A DNA stretch of 64,000 nt from Vicugna vicugna (lineage: Eukaryota), in NCBI GenBank assembly GCA_013265495.1, contig MU058714.1, forward strand, positions 248,001-312,000. Reading direction: 5' to 3'. Under the pieces are notes generated by a model. It had not been told where the DNA came from. It ran no database searches and saw nothing but the letters and a program-made list of their open reading frames with translations. Shown piece by piece: positions 23,360 to 34,828 of this stretch. The translations under genes and the position numbers were made by a program. Numbering within the stretch: position 1 is the first letter of the stretch; each line of letters opens with the position of its first letter.

Positions 23360-24103
23360 CAAGGGAACCCTTCTACACTGTTGGTGGGAATATAGTTTGG
23401 TGCAGCCATTACGGAAAACAGTATGGAGAGTCCTTAAAAAACTGAAAAAAGACTTACCATATGATCCAGCAATCCCACGCCAGGGCATATATCCAGAGGG
23501 AGCTTTAATTTGAAAAGATACATGCACCCCAATGTTTGTAGTAGCACTATTTACAATAGCCAAGACATGGAAGCAACCTAAATGTCCATCCACAGATGAC
23601 TGGATAAAGAAGTTGTGGTATATTTATACAATGGAATACTACTCGGCCATAAAAAAGAATAAAATAATACCATTCACAGCAACATGGCTGGACCTGGAAA
23701 TCACCATTCTAACTGAAGTTAGCCAGAAACAGAAAGAAAAATACTATATGATATCATCATATGTGGAATGTAAAAAAAGGTAAAAGAAAAAGCTAATAAA
23801 CGTATCTACAAAACAGAAACAGATTCACAGACAAAGTAAACAACCTTCCGGTTACTGGCAGCAAGCAGGTGGGGAGGGATAAATTGGGAGTTTGAGATTT
23901 GCAAATATTAACTAGTATATATAAAATAGATAAACAAGTTTCTTCTGTGTAGCACAGGGAACTATATTCAATATCTTGTAGTAACCTATAATGAAAAAGA
24001 ACATGAAAAGTAGTATTGAATGTATGCGTATGACTGAAACATGATGCTGTGCACCAGAAACTGACACGCTGTGAACTGACTATACTTCATTTAAAAAAAA
24101 ACA
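23360..24103 (+). mobile_element. 5'-truncated lineage-specific L1 with 18-bp TSD (1 mismatch)
   Basis: ORF2 C-terminus [46 protein letters not shown] aaaacacaggggtcttgc (23342-23359) and aaaacacatgggtcttgc (24104-24121). Confidence 0.95.
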
Positions 24104-24497
24104 AAAACACATGGGTCTTGCTGAGCTGGAGAAGCAGGGCCTCCTGGAAGCCAGGAAACCTGCAGCCCTGGCCCCAATGTCCACTGTGAAGGACAAAGCA
24201 GGTGACTCCCACAAGAACAGGCATGTTGGGCAAGGCCGGGGGTTCAGAACCCGGGGAGAATTCAGAGGGCCTGTGAACTCGAACAGGGAAACATCTCATC
24301 TCTTTTCCCATGCCCGCCTCGATCTGACAGTTCCTTCGACTGTGAATGAAGGCTCCCAGTCACAGCCGTGTGGCATTCTCCGCCGCAAAATCACAGATGT
24401 TCTCCTATCACACGACACCTTGAAATATCATTTACCCAGGTCATTATTTCTAAATGAAGGTGGTTCTCAGGGCCACCTTATCCAACACAGTGAAAGA

Positions 24498-24922
24498 AGC
24501 ACATACAAACACCAAAAGCTAGAAAAGACTAAGTATCTATCAATCGATGAACAGACAAAATCCAGCCATAAAAAGGAAAAAACAGTGACACATGCTACAG
24601 AATGGATGAACCTCGAAAGCATCATACCGAGTGGAAAAAACCGGCCACAAAAGACCATACGGTGTATGAGCCCATTTTTATAAAATATTCCAAATAGATA
24701 AATCCATAGAGAAAGAACACAGATTGGTGGTTGCCAGCAGGGAGCGGGAGTGGGAAGTGACTGCTTCTTGGGTGCAGAGTTTCCTTTTGGGGAGATGAAA
24801 GTGTTTCAGACTAGACAGAAGTCGTGGCTGCACAACACTGTGAATGCACTAAGGTCCACTGAGTCGTACGCTTTAAAGGGGTTCATTGTATGTTATGTGG
24901 GTTTCTCTTCAATAAATAAGAA
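24498..24922 (+). mobile_element. L1MB-like 3' end
   Basis: acacatgctacagaatggatgaacctcgaaagcatcat...agtttccttttggggagatgaaa...gcacaacactgtgaatgcactaa...caataaa. Confidence 0.9.
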
Positions 24923-26069
24923 GCAATGATCTCATTTGTAATTACATTGATAATTATATTTCAATACCATAACCCTGGGAAATTTCTTTTCTGCATTTAA
25001 GACCATCGTTCTGAGAAGGGGTTCACTGGCTTCACCGGATGCCAAAGGCTCTTTGGCACAAAAAGCTTGGGGTCCCCTGGACTGGAAGCCCTCCACGGCC
25101 CACTCGACATGCCTGTTCTACCTGGACAGGTGCAGTCCCGACTCCTGGTCCTTCCCTCCCGTCCCGGCACAGTGTGGAGACGCCGGTGGCCCCTCGGTGC
25201 TGCCTGGGGTGAGGGGCGTGCTGGTTCCCTCCTGCCTCTCACTGCTCATGGGACTGGGGGGTAGACAGACAGGACAAAACCCCAAGCGTGCCCCTTGTCA
25301 CCGCACACCTAGAGGCCTTCATTCGATGTGGAAGGCTCTCCAGTCTCCAGAAGTCATTTCTAAAAACACAGGTGTCCCGGGAGAAGTGAAATCCAGCACT
25401 GTAACCCGGGTGAGTCTGCAGACAGGTGAGGCTGGACCAGGCGCCGGTAGAGGAAGATGGAGCTTCAAGGGGCAGAAGCAGTGGAACATGAAAGGGGGGC
25501 TGGCGGAGGACCTTAGGGTGCGAAGGCTGCCTTAGCACGATTTCAAGGTGTATCTGAAGCTGGCTTGCCTCCCCGAACAGGGAATGTCATGTCACTGCCA
25601 CCTGGTGTGGACACAAAGGGCCTGGCACCTCTCCAGATCCCACCTGGCGATGAGCCCACCCCCAAATGAAAATGTGACGCTCGCCACTGAATGCCGACGC
25701 TGGCTGGTTATTCCTGGCTCAGCCTTTGATTCCCCTGTGCCTGTTCCCTGCCCCTCGGCACATGCGTTCACGTCCCCCTCTCTGGTCGTAAACTCCTAGA
25801 GAGATAAAAGCGATTACTACCCGCCCTGCAACGAGCTGGGCGGTTTGCGAGCATGATCGCATGTAGTCCTTCCTGCAGACCCCGCAGATGTCACGTGCAC
25901 AGGTGGGGAAGCCGCAGCTCAGGAAGGCCAACCTGTTGCTCATGCAGAGCTGGGACCCCAGATCCAGGCCCTCTCCTTCACAGCCCTCCTCCCCTGAGAA
26001 CAGAGTCCTGGCTTCAGGGTCCTCCTGGGGCTGAGCCCCTCCCCGTGCCGGGCGCCGTGTGCAGGGCCC

Positions 26070-26723
26070 TGGGCGGTCATGTGTTCTGCTTTAGCAGATG
26101 CTGCTGACGTTTGTCAGAGTGCTTGTTCGGTGTTCACTCCTACCAGTCGTGTACTGATGCTCCCACTGTTTCAGGTCTTCACCAGCTCGCGGGTGGCCGA
26201 TCTGTTCATTTCGGCCGTTCAGGTGGGTTTATAGCCGCGTCTCTGTTTGCATTTCCCTGCAAACAATAAGCCTGCGAAGTGCTCATTTGAGTCTCTCTCC
26301 CAGTTTTCTATGAACCCTTTTTTGGTCAAATATTTTGCAAATGTCTTCTCCCCCTCCTGCTTGCCTTTCCACTCTCGTAATGAGAGTGTCTTTGATGAAC
26401 GGAAGCCCTCAATTTTAATACAACCCAATGTGTCCATCTTTTCCTTTACAGTTCGCACCCTTTGTGTCACGACGCTGGTCCAGATATTCTTCTGTTATCT
26501 TCTGGAAGGTGGAATTGGCTTTCATGTTCGGCGTGAGGTAGGAGTCAAGCTTCCTGTTTTGTTCCGCAGCGGCTCTCCAACCAACCCAGCGCTACTTACG
26601 ACAAAGCGCATCCGCGTCCCCTCCCCCACAGTGGCCCCGTTGTCCTATAGCACATGCCCATATGCGCTGGGCCTATTTCTGGGCCCCCTGCCATGTCATT
26701 GGTCTGTTTGTCTACCCTGCTAT
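26070..26723 (-). mobile_element. Ancient L1 ORF2 fragment
   Basis: tttgcatttccctg, tttgcaaatgtcttctccc, tctttgatgaacggaag, cattggtctgtttgtct are reverse-L1 motifs. Confidence 0.75.
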
Positions 26724-27139
26724 TAGACTTTTTTTTTTAACTTCTCTTGGTGATGCAGCCAGGGTTGAGAACCACCAATCCGTGTGACCTTGCAGTTCAT
26801 GGTTAGAGGTTTGGGTGTTAGTCTAAATGCAAGTGCGCAGATGCCCAACAAAAGATTTTCAGAGGAAGGATGGATTAAATTTCGGATGTGGGAAACGAAG
26901 AAGTACGGGGAAGGTTCCCGCGGAGTGGGTGGGAACACTGGGCAACAGGCCGGAAGTCAAGACGCTCCGAGCAGTCCATCCTCCTCCCCACTCCTCTCTC
27001 CCCCCAACTCCGACCTGCAGGTCCCCCCAAGCCAAAGTGCAAAGGAGGAAATGCAACTGCAAGAAGGAAAGCCCTCTGCCTGGGTCGCCGGCCACACTTG
27101 AGGAGACCTGACCCCTCCTGCAGCGCGTTTTATTCCCAA

Positions 27140-27480
27140 GTTGCTGTAGCTCTTCCTGTAATTAATGGCTAGGTTTTAATTAAACATTGATTAGCCCCTA
27201 ATTAGTCTAATGATTAGTCTTGGGGTGGAGACAGGGCTGTCAAACCCCATAAAGGAGGAAGGGGAGATAATGAAAGATTATGGCTTAGGTGGAAATGCTA
27301 TTTCTCCCTCCCTCCAGGCTAAATGTTTTCCATAATTTTGCTCTATTATAAACGATGCTTTCAATGTGAATTTTTCTAATCGGTTTGAGTCTGATGAAGT
27401 CCCAGGTGACTGAAGCAAGAAAGATTGAATATATTCTCCTTTTCATCAGATTTCAACCTCTTAATGCAGCGTAAGAGCCT
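27140..27480. promoter_or_regulatory. Candidate enhancer / conserved non-coding element rich in homeodomain sites
   Basis: TAATTAAT 27159, TTAATTAA 27176, CTAATTAG 27198, CTAATGATTAG 27207, CTGTCA 27237 in non-repeat AT-rich DNA. Confidence 0.55.
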
Positions 27481-29699
27481 TTCCCACTTCGAGAGGAATT
27501 AGTTTCTGTCTTCACAATGAAGTCATCCTGGGCGGAGGCCGTCGTCCCCTCCCCAGGCCTTTGTGGGGGGCTCAGACCTTCCCAAGGTCGCCTGAGATAC
27601 AAGAGTGGTGGGTCTTCCTCCCCGAGAGCAGACTTTGCAAGCATTTCCTGCCCCTTGACACCCTCTTCTTACTCTTCTCCGCTTTACCCGTATCTCCCAC
27701 CACGTGAATGCAGCTCTGGTTTTATTCTGAAAACAGAATGCCAGTCACATGTAATGTGCTCCCAGTAAAGGATGCACGCACCTCCCCCGACTCTCAACCA
27801 AAAAGAAAGGTTGAGTCGCTGCATGTGGACAGAGCTCTGAGTAAATTGCATTTGAAGTTAACCTATTAGAAGTTAACTGTGCAGCAAATCTTGGCGGGGA
27901 GAAAAATGATTCGACGACACTGGTTAATCATCCCCAGTGTATCTTTTTAAGTCTGAATTTACGCAGAACAATACAAGAGCCCCTTAGAGCCCTGCGCTGA
28001 GCACAAAGCCAGGGAGAGAACAGAGGCATGAAACCTAAAATCCAGAAAGGCTCAGGGTCGGGGAAACGATGCTGGCTACAGGGGAAGGCAGGTCCTGACA
28101 AGCGGGGCTTGCAACTTGAGAAGCCCCAACATTCGCCTTAGAAACGCCCCAGCCAGGGTCAGAGAAGGCACGGGGAAGGTTCGGGCACGTCTGTCCTGGT
28201 CAACTGGGAACCGGGCATCGGTTCCAGAGGGAGGCCTCTGCCCCGCTGGAGAACGCCCTCACTGCGTGGCTCATTTCCGAGCCTGTTCACACGACCACGC
28301 CTGCGCGGGCTCTGCCCCATCCCCGCTACGGGAGGGAAGTCCATCACAGCAGCAACAGGAGCGTGGCTGGGCGGAGACAAGGGCAGAGGCGGGGAAACCC
28401 TGATGAGACACCCAAAGGTCCTACCAGCCCTCGGGGGTCCAGACCACATGGAAAGCACCCCACCTTTAGGGGGTTGGCAGCAGGCAAAGACCCAGCATCA
28501 GATGCACAAAGGAAAAAAAGAGAGATTAGGTCAGATTTGAGACTTAGCTCCAAAATGTCGACCTGGTGGCGTTACTGCCACCTGAGGCACAGAAACAGAG
28601 AGACGTTCAAAATCCATTTTCCCCTCAAAAGGAAACCCCAGATGAGGCCAGGGACGGCCGGCCACAGCTACGACTGCCAACAGCTCCCACTTACAGAGAG
28701 AGAAAGAGAAGCAGCCATCACGTGGGAGGGACACGCCTCTGGGTCACTAAGCCCCCACCTGCGCACAGGGAGCGGCACCTGCACGCTGAGCGGCCGACGC
28801 CCCGGTCCTCCAGGACGCATCCCTTCCACCTCCTCCCGACTCACTCTTCTGGTTGGCAGATGTCACAAGACCGACTCTCCCCTTTGTTCCAACGCTGCTT
28901 TCACTCCTGCACTGTCACTGAGTCTTGGAGGAGGGGCACTCCACTGTTCTGCCAACCCCGCACCCCCCGCATCCTCTCCCTGACCCAGGTCCCCATGCCC
29001 AGGGAAGCTCATCTCCAGACTTGCAGGTGTGAAGCACATGGGCCTACCTGCGCTCAGCCGGGACAACTGTCCAGGCAGGTGCATGTTGGAGACGGCACCT
29101 TCCCAGTTGGAAAGGGCCCTGGGAAAGCGGTTCTTCACTCCTGATGGGACTTGTCAGGGGAGGGATGGGCTTAGGTCGAGGGTCCCAGTGGGGGCGGGCC
29201 CAAGGAGAAAGCCGGGAAGCCTGCAGACCCCACACCATCGGCTGAATGTCAGCGTCCTTATCAGGACCTGGGGCTGCAGGCATGTCCCTGGCGAGGCTGA
29301 AAAGGGGCTGGGCCCTGGCTCCACCAGTGGGTGCTGCCCAGGACCACAGGGTCATCCCCTTACACTTGCCTTGAACTAATCACTGGAATAAACGCTTGCA
29401 TCTGGCTGCCTGGGGAATGCATTAACCAAGGAGTGGGTCTAAGCTCGAGGCTGGTGTCCCTCACTGCTGGAAGGCTAGCGGACAGCAGCAAGTTCCAGTT
29501 CAGGGAGGGAAGGACCACTTCTGGCTGAAGGTGCACAGAAGGCTTCCTGGAGGAGGTTCATTTCAAAGGATGTACAGGAGGATTTCAAAGGGTGGAAATA
29601 TACACACAGAGGTCCTAGGCCAAGGCAGAAGCTCAAGTGGTGACAAGATGCAAATGGGGCCATGACAGTCATGGGGGAGGGGACAGCCTCGCCAGAAAT

Positions 29700-29840
29700 T
29701 CACTCAGTCATTCAACAAACATTCATTGGCTGCCCAGGGCTGAGTGGACAGAAGGTCAAAGCCGAATCGCAAGGAGCCCTCCAGTGGCAACTGTTGGAGA
29801 CGCTGGACAAGGTCCCCGCCTTGATGCCCTTGCCCAAGTG
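29700..29840 (-). mobile_element. L2 3' terminal fragment
   Basis: cactcagtcattcaacaaacattcattg is the reverse L2 tail. Confidence 0.6.
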
Positions 29841-30204
29841 AATTATTAATCACACCCACCTCCAGTCCACTGAGTTCCAGTGACCCGAGCCTGGCTGACT
29901 CTTGCTCAGCACATCCTGTCTTTGAGGCCAGAGGGTGGCTTCTCCTGTGGACTGCAAGGCCGGCCCGTGGGTTCTCTGCCTCCTGCTCCCCTACGTTCAC
30001 TCGCAGGGCTGCAGCTGTACTGAGCCCTGTGCAGATCTCACAGGACGCAGACTGAGGGAAATCCATAGGGTTAGGTCGGTGGGGCAGAGGCCGTCTGCCA
30101 ACCCCAAGACAGTGGTGACCACACCCTCCCCCACAGCCTCCCATCCACAGGGCCCCTGGTTAGCCTGCTCCTCTGAGACTTGCCTGTTAGGAATAAAGAG
30201 GCAG

Positions 30205-30338
30205 GAGGGATGGATAGCTCAGTGGCAGAGTCCGTGCCTAGCATCCATGCGCGAGGTCCTGGGTTCAATCCCCAGTACCTCCAGTAATAAATAAATAAAT
30301 AAACTGGCCTGATTACCTCCCCAACTGAAAAGAACAAA
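30205..30338 (+). mobile_element. tRNA-Ala-derived SINE (vic-1-like) with 10-bp TSD
   Basis: A box tagctcagtgg, B box ggttcaatcc, cccagtacctcca, (AAAT)n tail; TSD AAAGAGGCAG at 30195-30204 and 30339-30348. Confidence 0.92.
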
Positions 30339-32339
30339 AAAGAGGCAGCTGGCCCCTTTTACCAGGATATATTTAGGAATCTCAGTCTTTCCTTGGGGGT
30401 GGGAGAAAAGGCCACTCTCAGCTCAACACAGCTTCAAAATGGAGCTGTCCCCTCCCAGGGGGAAGGTCACAGTCGGGGCTCGCCACCACCGGCCACTTGC
30501 TCTGTAACGTGTCCAGCCAGCTCTGCAAACCAAAATCCCTGGGAGGCTCCTGACGCATAACCAGCAGTGAGGAGCGCGGAAGCTGGGGCTGTGGACTGAG
30601 AGGGAGCCGGCGGTCGCAAGCGCGCTGCCCGGCCAGGCTGCCCCCCGCACCCCTGCCCCGGCTGCCAGGACCCACGGGTGCCCAGCCTGCAGCACCGCTT
30701 TGGCCCCTGGAGCTCTGGGACATTCACATGCACACGGGTACACACGCAACCCTCATGTCAGCGCGCCGACTGAAAAGCGTCAGCAGTAGGAGAGGCGAGG
30801 CCCTGTCCCAGGCCTTCGTGCTTTTCTGCAAAGCACCTTCCATGGCGCTTCTGTATCCCTCCTCCTGTGTGGAAGAGACCAGGGCTCCTGGATGCTCATC
30901 TATCACAGGGGCTGGAGCCGTCGGCTCCTGGAGGCCCTCCTGGCAGGAAGAGAGTGGTGGAAGGGAAGGTACTTCTCTCTCCAAATCTCCACCATGGCCC
31001 CAGCTGCCCAGCAGTGTTCACTGCCTCCTCAGCCCAGTGGGAGGGAGAGCGGGCCACAGCAGTGGGATGAGTGGGCATCCTCCGGGGACATGGGGGACAA
31101 AGAGCCAGCCCAGGCCAACAGGCTCCTGTCTCCTGGCCAGCCTCAGAGCTGTGCTCCCTTGGGAATAAAGCAGACACAAATGAAAACATGTCCTGGTTGA
31201 GGCAGCTGGACCAGTCTCATTGAGTGCCTGGAAATTGCTTCTGTCTTGGTGGCATCCGGAGAGTCGTTTCCAAGGACACTTACATGCTGGAGTATGTCCT
31301 TTGCAAGGGGTGAAATGGGTGTCCTCAGAAGCCAGGTGCTGTGTCATGAGCCACCGTCCAAGGCATATGGATGACCCGGGAGAGCTGTGGCCAACTTCTC
31401 GTGGGTCAAGCCCTTCCTGGCCATGACACCCCATCATGTGAGGCTTAAGGCAAAGAAGGAACGAGAGGCCCCACCTGCTGGGGGGTGTCGCTCCCAGTAG
31501 AAGCCATATCTGGTTCTTACTGGCTCCCAACAGGGGCAGGACTTGGACTGAAAGCCCTGGGCCATGGGGGGCAGGGCCGGGAAAGTGGTGGCCACACTAG
31601 GTTTGAACACATCTTGTTTGAAGGTCCACTCACATCACTTTCCCTGAAATCTGCTTCCCCCCATGGCGGACACCCTCCACGCCCCGTCCCTGCACCCCGC
31701 AGCTTCTGGGCACGCTAGCCCAACTTCTAAATGCCAACTCCTGTGTTTCTTTGCCTGAGGGCCTTCTCTGGCCCATAGAGACACTGTGACCCCATCCTCC
31801 CCAAGTCAGCTCCCAGGGAGCAGCCCTCAAGAGACCCCAGCCCCCGTCCCCCTGGGGGAATAACCCCGAGACACAAGTGCAACCCCGGCAGCTGGCCTGG
31901 TGATGCCCCTCCTCCTCTCACCCCTGCTGATGTGCTTTGTGCCCTCAGGCAAACCAGCGGCACTCACGTCCTCATCACGGGTCTGCTTCTGGGGAAGCCT
32001 TATCAAAGCCCCACCCTCAGCCCTGTGACAGGAGGAGTGGGAGTGGGGACATCTGACCTGGAACTGGATGCAGCAGGAAGACGCTACCTCCTAAAATGTG
32101 TGTAAGTCACTCGAGGCCGAGCCCACGGGCACAGGGGGCACTCAGGGCCAGTGGGCTCAAGGAAAGGCTCAAGGGGGTCAGGAGTGAGGGAAGGAAGCAC
32201 AAAGAGAGAAGTGGAAACAGGGAGCAAGGATGGTTCCTGGGAAAACATGTGAAGGGCCAAGAAGCCTGTGGAAAGGGCGATGCAGATCCAAACACAGTGA
32301 GACACGATTGTGCCCACTGGGACTGCAGGAAGGGAGGGA

Positions 32340-33010
32340 GAGAGAAAAAGTGTTGGAGAGAACATGGAGAAACTGGAACTCTCAAGAATTGCTGGTGGGG
32401 ATGTAAAATGGCGCAGTCACTGTGGGAAACAGCTTGAGGTGGTTCCTCAAATAGTTAATCATAAAATGACATATGACCCAGGATGCCACTCCAACGTATA
32501 TAGTCAGAAGAATTGAAAACAGATATTCAGACAAATAAAGGTACACATGTTCACAGCAGCACTGTATACAACAGCCCAAAGGTAGAAAAAACCCAGATGT
32601 CTATCAGTGGGTGAATGGGTAAACAAAATGTGGTCCATCTATGCACTGGAATATTATACAGCCCATAAAAGGAATAAAGCACTGACACCTGCTACAATGT
32701 GGAAGAACCCTGAAAACATCATGCTAAGTGAAAGAGGCCAATCACAAAAGACCACATATTGTATCGTTATTTCACTTATATGAATACATAAATACACAGA
32801 GACAGAAAATAAATTAGAGGTTGTCAGGGGCTGAGAGGAAGCAGGAGTGGGGAGTGACTGCTGATGGGGATGGGGTTTCCTTTTGGGGTGATGAAAATGC
32901 TTTGGAAATAAAGGAGCTGGTTGCACAACATTGTGACTGTACTAAAAGCCACTAAATTGTTCACCTTAAAATGGTGAATTTTATGTTAGGTGAATTTCCT
33001 CCCCCCCCAA
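32340..33010 (+). mobile_element. L1MB-like ORF2 end + 3'UTR
   Basis: tgttggagagaacatggagaaactggaac...tgctggtggggatgtaaaatgg...gtttccttttggggtgatgaaaatg. Confidence 0.9.
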
Positions 33011-33049
33011 AAAATTCATCTGTGTATCAAATTTAAATACATCCTTCTG

Positions 33050-34828
33050 AGTGATTTAAGAAATAGAAAGATATTCCATGCTCTTAGATTGGAAGAATTA
33101 ATATTGTTAAAATGGCTGTATTACCCAAAGCAATCTACAGATTTAATGTGATCTTTATCAAATTACCCAGGACGTTCTTCACAGAACAAGAACAAATAAT
33201 CCTAAAATTTGTATGGAATTACAAAAGACCCAGAATTGCCAGAGTAATACTGAAGAAAAAGAATGAAGCTGGAGGCATAACCTCCCAGACTTCAGACAAT
33301 ACTACAAAGTTACAGTAATCAAAACAGTGTGGTATTCTCACAAAAACAGACACATGGATCAATGGAACAGAATAAAAACCCCAGAAATAAACCCACACAC
33401 CTACAGTCAATTAATCTCCCCCAAAGGCGGCAAGAATATACAATGGAGAAAAGACAGTCTCTTCAGCAAGTGGTGCTGGGAAAACTGGACAGCCACACAT
33501 AAGTCAATGAAATTACAACACTCCCTCACAGCATACACAAAAATAGACTCAAAATGGCTTAAAGACTTAAACATAAGAAAAGGCACCACAAATTTCCTAG
33601 ATGAGGACATAGGCAAAATATTCTCTGACATAAATCACTGCAGTGTTCTCCTAGGGCAGTCTACCAAGGCAATAGAAATAAAAGCAAAAATAAATAAATG
33701 GGACCTAACTAAACTTATAAGCTTTTGCATAGCAAAGGAAACTATAAACAAAACGAAAAGACAATCCCCAGAATGAAAGAAAATATTTGCAAAAGATGCT
33801 ACTGACAATTTCCAATTTCTTAATTTCCAGCATATACAAACAGCTCATATAATTCAATAACAAACAAACAACCCAATTAAAAAAAAATGGGCAGAAGACC
33901 TAAACAGACATTTCTCCAATGAAGACATACAGGTGGCCAATAGGTACATGACAAAATGTTCAATATCGCTAAATATCTGAGAAATGCAAATCAAAACTAC
34001 AATGAGATTATCACCTCACACTGGTCAGAATGGCCATGATTAATAAGTCCACAAATAATAAATGCTGGAGAGGCTGTGGAGAAAAGGGAACCCTCCTCCA
34101 CTGCTGGTGGGAGTGCAGTTTGGTGCAGCCACTATGGAAAACAGTATGGAGATTCCTCAAAAGACTAGGAATAGACTTACCATATGACCCAGGAATCCCG
34201 CTCCTGGGCATATATCCAGAAGGAACCCTACTTCAAAAAGACACCTGCACCCCAATGTTCACAGCAGCACTATTTACAATAGCCAAGACATGGAAGCAAC
34301 CTAAATGCCCATCAGCAGATGACTGGATAAAGATATGGTATACACACACACACACACACACACACCCATATCTACTCAGCCATAAAAAATGAACAATGCC
34401 ATTTGCAGCAACAGGGATGGACCTAGAGATTATCATACTAAGTGAAGTAAGCCAGAAAGAGAGAAAAATACCACATGATATCACTTACATGTGGAATCTA
34501 AAAAAATGATGCAAATAAACTTCTTCACAAAACAGAAACAGTCCCACAGGCACAGAAGACAAACTTACGGTTACTGGGGGCAAAGGGGGTGGGGAGGGAT
34601 AAACTGGGAGTTTGAGATTTGCAGATACTAACTACTGTCTATAAAATAGATAAACGAGTTCCTGCTATACAGCACAGAGAACTGTATTCAATATCTTGTA
34701 ATAACCTATAGTGAAAAAGAATATATATGTATGTATGTGTGTGTATAACTGAATCACCATGCTGTGCACAAGAGACTAACACAACACTGTAAATCAACTA
34801 TACTTCAATTTAAATAAATAAATAAATA
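33050..34828 (+). mobile_element. 1.8-kb 5'-truncated lineage-specific L1 with disrupted ORF2 and 16-bp TSD (2 mismatches)
   Basis: ORF2 pieces 33112-33318 (LPKAIYRFN), 33327-33776 ([15 protein letters not shown]) and 34030-34392 ([18 protein letters not shown], Cys-rich C-terminus); TSD taaatacatccttctg (33034-33049) and taaatgcatctttctg (34829-34844). Confidence 0.97.
34341..34365. repeat. (CA)n microsatellite arisen inside L1 ORF2
   Basis: tacacacacacacacacacacacac in place of the tatatttataca motif seen in the 23360 copy. Confidence 0.9.

Noticed and set aside
24111..24683. 190-aa ORF with protein-like composition
   Set aside because: It starts inside an L1 TSD and ends in L1MB sequence; a chance chimera
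28555..28575. CTCF-like CGACCTGGTGGCGTTA
   Set aside because: It has three mismatches, including key core positions
33112..34392. L1 ORF2-like ORFs as functional CDS
   Set aside because: The element is 5'-truncated, with frameshifts, stops and a CA expansion; it is a dead retrotransposon
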